DNA of 64,000 nucleotides, from positions 13,711,045-13,775,044 of the forward strand of contig NC_092680.1 of the NCBI RefSeq assembly GCF_964355755.1, written 5' to 3'. This document shows positions 52,675 to 64,000 of the stretch, piece by piece. Within the stretch, counting starts at the first letter, position 1. Every line of letters starts with the position of its first letter. Both the position numbers and the translations under genes were made by a program. Under the pieces are notes generated by a model. It was not told the DNA's origin and made no database searches. It was given only the letters and a program-made list of their open reading frames with translations. Source of the DNA: Antedon mediterranea. Lineage: Eukaryota; Animalia; Echinodermata.

Positions 52675-54765
52675 GCGATTTTTTTTTCCGTACGAGAGTT
52701 CCTCCATCGGGTCGTTTCGGACTCAATCCACTATTCGGTAAGCCACCGATGCTCACTGATGCGTGAAAGCAACCACAAGACAAAACGTGAGCAGCTTTTT
52801 TGCACGAGTGACAGATTTATACATACTAGGCTAGGCCTAATATACTCACTGTAAATATAATAATACATATTAATAGTAGTACTGAACCTCATTGTAATAA
52901 TAATAATAGGCCTATAATTTTAATAATATAATACTGTATAGGCAGCCACAAACCAATGTATGTACCATCAGATTCACAAACAGTTAACACACACACAGCA
53001 GCAGCACTTTGTTGGTCGTCACAAGCAAGGCCTAGCTAGCCTAGCCCTACGTACGTGTGCTTCAATGTAGTACATTTCCAGCTACAGTACTATTTTTTAT
53101 TTTAATAAAATGAAGTAGCAGGTTAGAAATTATATGTACAGTAACACTAACAGATGTTTTTATCAAGAAAATTACAATTTTCTTCGGGTTTTTAAGAGTA
53201 ACATTTGAAATGAAATATAGGCCTATAGATCATAGTAACATGTAGGCCTATTCTTGTAAGTTGTAATGTATAGAAATACATGCTTGCTTAATAAAGCGTT
53301 TAATATTGTGTTAATTTAATCATTATTGATATCTTGGCCGGTGGAAATTTTGAATTAAAATGAACAATTTTTTTTTTTAATTAATTTCAGAAACCATAAT
53401 AAAAAAATAAAATCAAGAATAAGAATACAGAAAACCGATCTTCATGATAAGAAGCTTCCTGGAAAATGTGTTATTATAAATGTATTTGTAGTCGTGTCAG
53501 TACCGTAATTGAATGTTTTTTACTTTGCATGTATTTTTTATGATTTTCCAAATTACATATACACATAATAAACAATAATCTTAGTTGTAGGCCTATAACT
53601 TAAAGATGTATTGTCCCTTTGACTAATTCAAAAAAAATTTAAAATGTTATATTTCGAAAAAATGTGGGTCATTTTGAAGTATCATAACAGTTATTAACTT
53701 TCACCTAAAATTAGTCGAAAAAAAAATCATTTAACTGAAATACAGACGTTTTTTTTTGTTCAAAAAATAACTTTGACTTCCAGTCAAAGTTTTCGATCAA
53801 AACATATCTCATAATGCAACACGCTTGTTTGGCTACTCTGTATGCATAATCATAAAACTTCCTAGCGATCTGTGTGAAAACACCTTCTCTACCGTGACAG
53901 GTGGTAAACAATCCTAATTAGCATCATGCATAATGCATACTACTTGTGGTTTGAAATCTTTGTTTACGACGATCTTTGCGACGATTTTCCAGACGAAATG
54001 TAATTTATTTAATTTACCTGTTAATTACGTAAACTTAATATTGTTTTTGGCTCAAATTTTCGACTTAAAGTGAATAACTTTAATATTAATTTGATATGGC
54101 CAATTTAAATTTAGAATATTTTGACCTTCATTTTTTGTGTTTCAAGGGACAATACATCTTTAATTAAAACTCCAAAAATGGCCTATTATTAAAAGTCTGA
54201 AATCTTTATTTTTCTTGATTGGGGATAATACGTACATCGTTAACGTAAAATTTCCATTACCTTACAATATAAATATTAATTTAATATTATTTTAAAAGGT
54301 ATAAAAAACATACACTGTGCATAGGAATTCCTAATGTACATAATCATTTTAAATTCAAAAGTAATACATTGCATCCATAGGCCTACACAAGCTTGGCTAG
54401 GCTAGCCATGGGCTAGCTACAATACCATAACGATAAGAAAAGAGCCTTTCGTTCGTGACAAAGGGTCGTTCAACTTCAAAAAATAATATCTGATACGACC
54501 TAAATATCTTTAATATGCTATTGGGTTCTTAATGTAATTACTAAGTAGGCCTAATATTTATTAATTAATGTCATCAAAACTCGTATTAGTGTAGATTCAT
54601 TTTACTATTATGACAGCCTGTGTGAAAGTATTAGCTCGCGGTTTGTAAATGTAAATTGTATTATGTTGTCACGCATCAGTGAGCTGACTTTACCGAATAC
54701 CGAAGAGAGTCGATTGAGTCCGAAACGAACCGATGGAGGAACTCTCGTACTGAAAAAAAAATCGC
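52675..54765. mobile_element. MULE-like element, ~100-bp TIRs, 9-bp TSD
   Basis: GCGATTTTTTTTTC.GTACGAGAGTTCCTCCATCGG TIR; TSD GGCCCGACG (52666-74, 54766-74). Confidence 0.88.
53604..54159. mobile_element. Kolobok-type MITE (complete, TTAA TSD)
   Basis: TTAA-AGATGTATTGTCCC...GGGACAATACATCT-TTAA. Confidence 0.85.
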
Positions 54766-55357
54766 GGCCCGACGTGATTTTAATTTGCAAAGAAATGTCA
54801 AAGTTGAAATGGAAATTTAAACTACACAAAAAATCGAGAATTTTCAGAACACAAAAACAAAACAAAGCGCGAGACTTCGAGCAGGAAGGAGGCCAGGCAG
54901 GACCAGTAGTAGTATTAAAAAAAATCCTTGAATATTGGTAAAAACAGGATATCTACTATTGAATTTAGTTTGTTGCTATATTAAAAAAATATGTAAGTAG
55001 TGTACTGTATTAATTATGTGGTATTTCACTCATGTTATAATGTAGTAAGTGAATAAAGATTGACAGACGATCGGGGCCAGACGAGAATATGAGTAGGCCT
55101 AGGCCTAGGCCTAGCCTAGTCTAGACAATCGAGTACCAACGCGGCCGGGCGGACATTCGGGCTCAACTTTGTGGACGTTCGGGCTCAACTGTGTGGACTT
55201 TTTTTGGCCCAATATAATTAGACCATTAAACCTATGCCTAGACCCATTATACAAATACAGAGAAGACGATCGGGTCCACACAAACGAATTGGATTTATAA
55301 TTGTTCACCATAAAATATTCTTTAGTTTAGGCCTGTAGGTAGGGCCTATAAGTATTA

Positions 55358-56291
55358 CGCCGTGGTTAGGATTCCGGCACCGGAACTCAACTGCCCAGCG
55401 TTAGGAAATCCGACACGCTATTGTGCATGCCCAGAGCGAGGTAATCGGCGACTCTATACAGACTAAACAGCGATGGATCATTTTTAATAGCTGCGCCACG
55501 GCGAACTAGTGTAAGCCTAGATGCCTACTAATACGGGATCCACTAATACTAGTAAGTAGGCCTACCAGTTAGACGTGACCAGTGGGCCTATTTATTTTGT
55601 AATTAAAGAAGTGGTTGCTTCATTCATATATAAACTTCATATAATGATTTATATAATTACATGATGACTAGTTTTATGATTTTTCAAGTACAAAATAAAA
55701 GATTTCATATAACGCATTATACTGTACATAACATGCAATCATATACAAGTTGATTTGTTGACGGCAGTTGCCGCGCAGATGTGAAAATACAGAACTGGGA
55801 AGTTGGGGTCACAATGCTACGCTCATTTCTTGAAATACGCAAGCGTTATGACACTGGGCAGGCCTGTGTTTCTTTATTCTGAATAAAACCATAGGATAAA
55901 AACACAATAAAGTACCGATACGGCAAACTTATTTCCATTGTGGTCCTATATACATTTTGTTTTTCTCCCGTTCCGAACTTCATACTTCCTCTGTGTAATA
56001 AAATTACAGCATTACGATTCTTAGATAGATACTGATTCTTATCAATATCATAATTATTTTAAAGCGTGGCGTAGTCGTATTTTAATTATTAATTCATGTA
56101 TGGCCTAGGCCAAGTTTCATCCATCGCTCCCTCGCTCGCCCAACGACTACAGTAACTACAGTAAATCCCTATAAACACTCCGACTCTCGGAGGTGTGGTG
56201 TGTGGCACTAGTCTCTGGGCATGCGCAATAGCGTGTCGGATTCCCTAACGGTGGGCAGTTGAGTTCCGGTGCCGGAATCCTAACCACGGCG
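55358..56291. mobile_element. MULE-like MITE with 9-bp TSD (paralogue of 32725-33884)
   Basis: Same CGCCGTGGTTAGGATTCCGG TIR; TSD TAAGTATTA. Confidence 0.9.
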
Positions 56292-56869
56292 TAAGTATTA
56301 TGATTACCCTACCGACCTAGGATAAGGGAACATTATATTTTTCAAGCTTAGTAGGAGGGCCTAGAGGCCTACAGTAGGCTATACCAAACTGTAAACACAA
56401 TAAAATAAAAAAATAAAATAATTCATTTAGGCTAAAAAAGATACTCAATTTTAATTTCTGTCTCTTCCAAACAATTGAAATAGTAAGATACAATATTCAG
56501 TTACCAAATGACAAAATGACGTGTGTTTTTTTTTAGCTTACGCTACCTTATTAATCTAATATTTAATAATTTTCTACCATATCTTTTTTAATCGCACGTA
56601 ATCTCTACCATTTAAATATTATAAACATAAACATTGTGTGCCGAGAACTCAATTATAAGCTATAATGGAACTGATTTACCAGCGATACACTTGGCTATCA
56701 GGCCAAAAGTTAAGACTGTCGGACCCAACAACTAAGATCATCTGTTCACCTGAATAAAAAAAAGGTTAGGCCTACTGTACTATAGTATAACTAGCCTAGT
56801 GAAGATGATTAACATTCATTAACAATAGCTGAGTAAAACGTTATCTAAAAAAAGAAATACAGCAATAAG

Positions 56870-57471
56870 CATGCATGCATTGCCTTGCGTACTCTTTCTT
56901 TAGTGGAATATCTGAGAAAGTATGCAACAATTGGTCTCAGTTTATCCCTGGTGGTATTACGTGGTCCAACTCGATGGGCTCGTTGTATCATCATTAGCGA
57001 TTTGGATGCCGGTGGTATTGGAAATAAATGAGGAGAGGAAATTAACAGTACCTTCGCTATCCTCCGCTTGTTCGGATATGCCATTGCCAGTAAACCTCAG
57101 ATTGTTACGGCGTTGTTGACGTCCTTCTAGGTTGTCGATTTTGTCGCGTATCTCTTCTATAAATTCCGTAGTGGATTGCTGCGTATCCTCAGCAATATCC
57201 TTCAGCTTAACATCCATGAAATCAGAATTTTCCTGTATATCGGCGTGCAAATTCCTCAGTTCTTTTTGTAAACCGGTGATTTCAAGATTGAGGATGCTAA
57301 TGTCTTTTTCCAAGGAGACGATCTTGGTGAATGCGTCGCATAATGTTGATTTAATATCAGCAATGGTTTTGCAACCCATGACTTGATGAGTGTCGACAGC
57401 CAGGTGTTCGGTTCAACGGCGCTAATATTTAAATTAGAAGTATTTGGCTCATTGTTTTCCACGTTGGCCAT
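56870..57471 (-). pseudogene. LINE ORF1p (coiled coil + RRM, Transposase_22/L1-ORF1-like) remnant
   Basis: Heptad region, IDNLEGRQQRRNNLRFTG, IQRAHRVG, RPIVAYFLRYSTKERV spread over three frames; truncated near 56870. Confidence 0.8.
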
Positions 57472-57907
57472 TGTAGATATTTAGTTAGAATAAATAACGA
57501 AAGTGTACTTATATTTAATGCAACCGATACGTTCACTATGCAGTTAGTAGCTTATCCTTGGAACATGCTATCACAGGTAAGCGAGTACTGTATCTAAAAA
57601 CATATACCGCAGTTTAGCAACTGGCGATGAATAAAAGGTACCTGATATGCTGATCCAATAACATGCTGCAAAGAATAACATTGTACTGTAAGAGAATTCT
57701 GGCATGTAAAAAAGACTTGCGTCCGACAATTGTAATGAACTAGGCCTAAAATTAAACTAATATGCTTATCCCTATTCCTAAAGCCCTATTATAGTTCATA
57801 ATTTAATAAATTTTGATGTAATAACACTATAATTGGTGTAATATTAATAATGATACACTATTCTTGTTGTAGTAGGCTACAGTACTGTAGGTATAAAATA
57901 TGAACGA

Positions 57908-58008
57908 TTTTTAGTCGCAAGCAAACGCGACTCTATAGCTCACTATGTCGGTCGGTAAACACTAACTCAAATTTGCGCATGCGACTGTAGCCATGTATAT
58001 GGCCTTGT
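57908..58008 (+). mobile_element. Short HINE-like element
   Basis: Same family as 47184 and 14024; 3' GCCATGTATATGGCCTTGTT hairpin. Confidence 0.65.
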
Positions 58009-58499
58009 TGTCCATGTACGTACTTCTAAGCCTGGCGCTACTGTATCTTCCTTCGCTTGTATTTTGATTCCAAATTTGAAAACTAATTCTTTATCGCGTA
58101 AATAACACCTTAGAATTATGTCTCATAAGTACTTTAATGAAGAAGAATCACATAAACCGTAACAAATAAATCCTTAAATTAATGATTTTACAGACGTGTT
58201 TCTTGCACACTGTTCGCAAATTTTGCTTACAGTATTCAATTTTCAATATTTTTGTTTCTATGGAGCTCCAAAAGAGCAATGATATTTAGGGACTAAAATT
58301 TCTGATTTGCATTGCTTGCCTTGCCTGCCCCGCGTGCCTCGTTGCCTCGCACTTTGTTACTACCCTTTGAAGGTCCTAGCCAGGCAAATCCGGGATGATT
58401 CACTCTGTCTTGGACTATTCGGCCTAGGTTTGGTGGAATGATTCTGTCCACCTTTTTGCCTGAAATGTCTCACTTTTAGTAATGATGTTATTTAATTGT

Positions 58500-58840
58500 T
58501 AATAATAATAATAATATAATAATATTTATTCGGCAAAAGTTCATAAAGTACATTTTACAATTCATCTTGCCAGGAGCAAGTAATAGGCATGAGCCCAAAC
58601 AGAAAACTGCTCTTACTCCATCATTACTTATAAAATACAAAAATAACAAAACTAAGTAGCACAAATTAAGTCAAAATAAAACAAAACAAAGTTATAATGA
58701 GATACACCAATTAAAAATAAGCTGCATTGAATAAACAATATAAACAATTACAACTTAATATTTTGAGATCAAATGTTTGATGAGTTGGGCTTTAAAGTCT
58801 GAAATTGTAGCACATTGTTTAATTTCATTGGGAAGACATT
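58500..58840 (-). mobile_element. LINE 3'-end fragment with (ATT)n tail
   Basis: Minus strand ..PNEIKQCATISDFKAQL.., AATAAA and trinucleotide tail. Confidence 0.55.
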
Positions 58841-59569
58841 AATGTTTTTTATTTAATTTGTTTTAATCACATTTTAAAGGTTCTTGAAATAAAAAAAATA
58901 TGTATGTATTTAATGATTTTATATTTTTGTTATTACAGTATTGCTATTAATATTGTTATAAATTTGTTCAAAGTGACAGGTTCAAATCTAATTTATTTTG
59001 TTTTCGGTTTGTTTATGGTTGTTTCCGGTTGTTTTCGGTAATTAGACTGACCAGGTCTGGGCATTTCGTTGTTTAATGAAAATGAAGTACAGAATCTTTG
59101 CAGTTTGAATGCTTGTATTAGGGCCTAAATAAAAAGAAAGAGTCGTTATTTAAAAAACGGAAAAAGATTTTTTTAATTTGTCTTGGTGTGATTTTTCATT
59201 AATGATTTCAGATGTGGTTATATTACAAACTTTACAAAAAATAATATTGTTCCCTATTTAAAAAAATATTGAATAATTCTTCGATTTTTGTAAGTGAAAT
59301 AATTATTTTTGTTCATTTTCTTTTCTACAGAAGTGAATAACTTTATTAAAACTGCAAAATAGCCTAATCAAAGTCAGATTTGATTAAACTTAATTTTGTC
59401 ATTTTAATGCTGCATACTGTGCCTTGAAGGAAGTAAGCCATGATTAAACAGCATGCTTTTGTACTGGTATACCATAATGATCAGTTGCTTTGTTTTAATA
59501 AATAATTAAAAGATTAATTTAAATTAGTATTATTTGTACTGGCAGTACATACAAGCTTTGCCTACACTC

Positions 59570-60207
59570 TTATTTATTTTTTTTATTTATTTATTTCCTT
59601 TATTGCATCAAGTAAGCAGTGATGAAGTTGACATAAATACAATAGTAAATATGTAAACACATAGTATAACACAGTCCAAACAAGTAATACTAAAATAAAT
59701 CATAGTCCACAAATCAGTCTTTCAATGGCCATCATAGTACATCCAGTAACACAAACCAATAGGGGTTCACAATTTGCTTATCATAACTCAGTTACTGATC
59801 ATTCACCAATCATTGAAAACTCCGTGGAAAGTAATGAAGTTTTTTGTGCGTTGTGTCCGGACTTTGGGGAGGGTGAACGATCTAACGCGTCGGAGTTGAT
59901 GGTTGTGTGTGGGAGGTTTAGGTAAGAGAGAGTGTAATATATGATCTTCTTTTTTCATTTTATCAAAGAATTTTCTTGACAACTTCTCGTGGCGTTCAGA
60001 TAGAGTGATGATGTTAAGGTATCTGCGGGTATCAGCATACGAGGTACCATCGGGGCATATTATGTTACACGCTCTTCTTTGGACATGTTCGATTTGGTCA
60101 GATTGTGCTTTGGATAAACTCGGGGACCAAACAGCACAGGCATATTCGAGAACTGGTCGTATCACTGCTTGATAGTATCGGAGCAGTTCCAGTCTATCTA
60201 GGCCAGA
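59570..60207 (-). mobile_element. 5'-truncated LINE (CR1/L2 group) ORF2 C-terminus with (TAAA)n tail
   Basis: YYQAVIRPVLEYACAVWSPSL..IEHVQRRACNII..LHSLLP; AATAAA and tail at 59570-59603. Confidence 0.85.
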
Positions 60208-60281
60208 CTCTGAATTATTTGTCCAAAATATTCAACAATTTCACTATTATTTTACTATGGGTTTCTTTCAGAATGCATTAA

Positions 60282-63200
60282 ATGATGGAAGACCTTTCTC
60301 ATGACTGTTATGAAGGAAAAGATGAAAGCAAAACTCCTCTGCTTTTAGCAGAACAAAAAGAACATGGCAGTGTTTATAAACCAAGGGATGAATTTCCGAG
60401 AAATGCAGCTGAACAAGAAACACACCAACCCACACATTTAAACAAAATTTACGATATACATTACTTAGTAGATGGTGATGATGCTAGGTATGATTTCAAC
60501 CATGGTGCATGCTTGAAAGAAAGTAATATACTACTCCATAAACAGGACAATGATCGTGCAATATTAGGAACTAGAGATGAAACAGGATGTTATCCGGATG
60601 GAACACTTAGTTCATGTGGTAATGGTGAATCCAATTGGTTCATGAATCATCATATGTGTAAACATGAAGAAAACGGAGTAAATCAGAGCATTGAACAAGA
60701 ACGTGATAGCATTGTTGAACAGTTGTCGGCACTTGGAAATGAAAGTGACCCCAATGATGAAGAAATTGATGATGAACCTGGTATCAACGATGTTGATGAG
60801 GAGGAGGATTCTGAAGAGGGTGACAGCAGTAGTGTGGATGATGATTGTGAAGACTGCAATGATTACTATCAGTATAGTGATGATCACAATGATGAAGATG
60901 TAAGTCTTAATTTACTATTTATAGTGAACTAGCAGAGTATGGATGTGTGCAATAGAACAAATTTATCTTGCCGTTGTAATGTAATAGATAGATTATACAG
61001 CAGTAATAATGATTTACCAATTGTATGTTGTAAGCCTTTAAAAAAATATATGATCCGAAGATGATTATGGCCTAGTAGCTGAAAAAAGGCCTAGAAAATA
61101 AATTTCGTTCGGACGTTCAGGGTCTACATTTTGAAAGTTGATATTGTGAAATAAATATGTTGTCCACACTATATCAAAAGTTCTTCACAAAATATCCAGT
61201 TAATTTCAAGCAATTGGCCTTTAAAGGTATTCCTTACTGCAAAAATAGCCAAAATGTGTTGCCGGCAAAATAAACAATTTACACAAATGATACAAAATTA
61301 CTGTGAAAAAAAATGCGCCGTATTGTAATGCTGGTTAATTTTACGCTGTCAATTTACATATAGGCTCAAAACTGGAATTCTAAAACATTAATGGTTATTA
61401 AATATGATAAAATGGGATTTAAATTTTAATTTAGTGACAGAAAAAAACATTTAGCATGAAATCAAGGGTGTTGCCTGGGCAACTGGGGAAACAACCCCCC
61501 CCCCCCTGCTTCCACCCCCTGAACCTAATGTAATAACATGTCTGGTGACTCTAGTAAGGTGAAAAAAAATGGTGGATAATTTTTGCTATAGCATAAAAAT
61601 AAAGTTCTGAAGTTGAATAAAAATACAAGAACATAAAATTCAAGTTTATATTACCTATTATATTTAGTAATCTTAAAACATTTTATTTCATTTTTTATTT
61701 TTCATAAAGTTTGTAAAAACGCCTCTCTATTTACGGGTGTCACGAAACCTAAGACCACAAAAGCTAAGACCTAAGATCACGAAAGCTAAGATTACAAATA
61801 TTTATCTTTCGCACCCTGCCTTGTATTTTAACTCCAACATTTATTCTGAATACCACACCTTAGAATTAGCACTTTTATGAAAAAGAATCACATAAAAACT
61901 AACAAATACATTTTTAAATTGATGATTTTACAGACGTTTTTATCGCACACATACAGTACTGTTTGCGAATTTCACATGACTAGCCTAGGCCTACCCTATG
62001 TTCAATATTTTTGTTTCTATGGAACGTCAAAAGAGCAAAAATTATATAGAGGGCTGAAAACTCTGTGGAGTCCATCTATTTTAACGCAATTTTTAGTGAA
62101 AATCAGTACGAAGGAATAAATACTCGAAAATAAATTTTAATTGAAAAATCATGATAACAAGTTTTTTGTTTCGTTTTCTTTCTGTTTTTATACTTGTTGC
62201 TTTTTTGCCGCTCCATAGAAACAAAATATTGAGCGTAGGGAGGAGTTACAGTATACAAAGAAACACGTCTGTAAAATCATCAATTTAAAGGATTTATTTA
62301 TTTGTTTTTAAGTGTTTCTTCTTCTTAAAGTACTTATATAAATCCTAATTTTAAAGTGGGTATTCAGGATAAAGTTAGTTAACAAATTTGGAGTCAAAAT
62401 ACAAGGCAGGTGCGAAAGAAAAACATCCTCCGAACCAACTTTGAACTTTGTGGGTTTCTTTTAATTGTTGTTCACAAATGTAGTTATTTATTTTGTAGGC
62501 GTATGGAGATAATTTATTAGAAGAAGCCACGTTACATCCACTTCTTGGTCATGATATTCATTCTGTAAAATTGTGGTATGGCCCCACTGCAATAGATGTC
62601 AGGTTTGTCACTCATCACTACCAATGTTACTGTAGTAATAAATTAAACTTAATATTGATTAAAACAAAGTTGATTTAATCCTCTGATGACAGAATTTAAT
62701 GTGTGCAAATACTATAATTCATTGCATGGTTTAAGAAATGTTTTTTTTAAAGGTCAATACATTATTAAATATTCTATCTAAAGATTAAAATTAATGTAAC
62801 TACTTTAATTATGGTTTCCTTCTCTATAAAATCTTCAATTTCAGGCGATTTTCATCTTTAGATGATGTTGACGTTGATCTAAAGCTTGACATTTCATTTC
62901 TTCATGTAAGTCTGTACATTGTTTACAACATATACAGTGACGGATCTAGGATCTGGGGGAGGGGGGGGGGGTGGCCACGAAAGTGGCAAACGAGGTGCGT
63001 AGCACTAAGTGAGGGTGGGTTTGGGAGGGGGGCCCTCCCGAGCCTCAGAAAATTTTGAAAAAATAGATGTTTACACACTGTTTAATAGGCTAGAGCAACT
63101 GTTTCCATCACTTTTAATAGCAAATGTTGCATGATGTCAAATTTAAATAAATCGGTTCTAAATACTTGGTAATGCGGTACTCCGAAAATGCCTTGATAGT

Positions 63201-63441
63201 GCATGTTGTGTACTGTGTTTTGGTGGTCTGTTAACCTCAGATATATACCCTACAGCCAGGTGAATAACTTCATGTAATTTGAAAAAAATGGAAGAAAGAA
63301 ATTATTTTATTTTCTCAGTGTTATTAATTTATATTGATATATTTTGTTTACAGCATGAGATAGCAAGTGCGTGGTCCTTGTTCTGTGATCAACCACTTAT
63401 TGTTAGTCTCAACTTTTCTTCTTCTCGTTATTTAGATGGAG
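60282..63441 (+). CDS. PARP6: PARP6/PARP8-like mono-ADP-ribosyltransferase, 5' exons only (continues beyond window)
   Basis: Exons 60282-60899, 62499-62602, 62845-62905, 63354-63441 in phase. An acidic tract is followed by HPLLGHDIHSVKLWYG...LDDVDVDLKLDISFL..IASAW....PLIVSLNFSSSRYLDG, matching my recollection of the PARP6/8 N-terminal region. The catalytic domain is not in the window. Confidence 0.78.
61735..62437. mobile_element. Truncated copy of the 27276-28293 MULE-like family
   Basis: Colinear with 27276-28022. Confidence 0.85.
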
Positions 63442-64000
63442 GTAAGTTGATCTTTACCAATAACACAAATAATTAAAATTATTAGCTTCATAATTTTAAA
63501 AGATTCGGTTAATATTTATCCATTTGTTGCATTACTAAAATAAAGCGTGCATGTCACCCTGTAATGCAATAAATCATGGCTATTATTAGAATCTGATAAC
63601 CACTGCTACTATGGCAAGTACATGTTAATTGTTATAGAAGGTGAAATCTATTTATATATTGTGAAGTATGTTTTTAAAAAATATTAATGATTTTCTTGCC
63701 TATTAGTGGATATGTTGTTTTAAAAAAAGCTATAGCTTATTTTGAAACATGGAGTGTCATCATTAATATGATCCATTGTCAATATACAGTAGGCCTAGGT
63801 AATATTATAAGGTACAGCCTATTTTTATTAAATTCAGGCTAGACTAGAAATTCATATGGAATAAGATGATTAAGGATGCTGTGCACTCAGTCAAGTCTGC
63901 TGTTGTGTATTGTAGCCTGTAAAAGACCTATTGTTAGAATGATTTGTTTAGCAGACTTGTTTACTATTTGAACTATAAAATGATCTATTCATTTTTAATA

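Overview
AT-rich, intron-rich animal genomic DNA (invertebrate; an echinoderm is plausible but not provable from the sequence). Four spliced genes can be assembled by hand: a hydroxylysine kinase-like gene (HYKK, - strand, 547-23881, with a 21.7-kb intron), a glucose-6-phosphate 1-epimerase-like gene (+, 10 exons, 36507-44591), BTBD1/2 (-, 46533-48676) and the 5' part of a PARP6/8-like mono-ADP-ribosyltransferase (+, from 60282, running off the window). The rest is a dense, nested transposon landscape. It includes a ~172-copy 54-bp tandem array, a LINE split by two long-TIR elements with 3-bp TSDs, and three Academ-derived foldbacks (two keep XPG/CXC transposase remnants). There are also a Penelope-like element with minimal hammerhead ribozymes, MULE-, Kolobok-, Harbinger- and P-like MITEs, and Helentron-type HINEs. 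The most unusual items are a 5.6-kb composite foldback whose inverted arms include a Penelope pLTR plus ribozyme, a tandem pair of different hammerheads, 16-bp palindromic micro-insertions with 7-bp TSDs, and recurrent TA-anchored footprint motifs. All family assignments come from motif recognition by eye; no database search was run.
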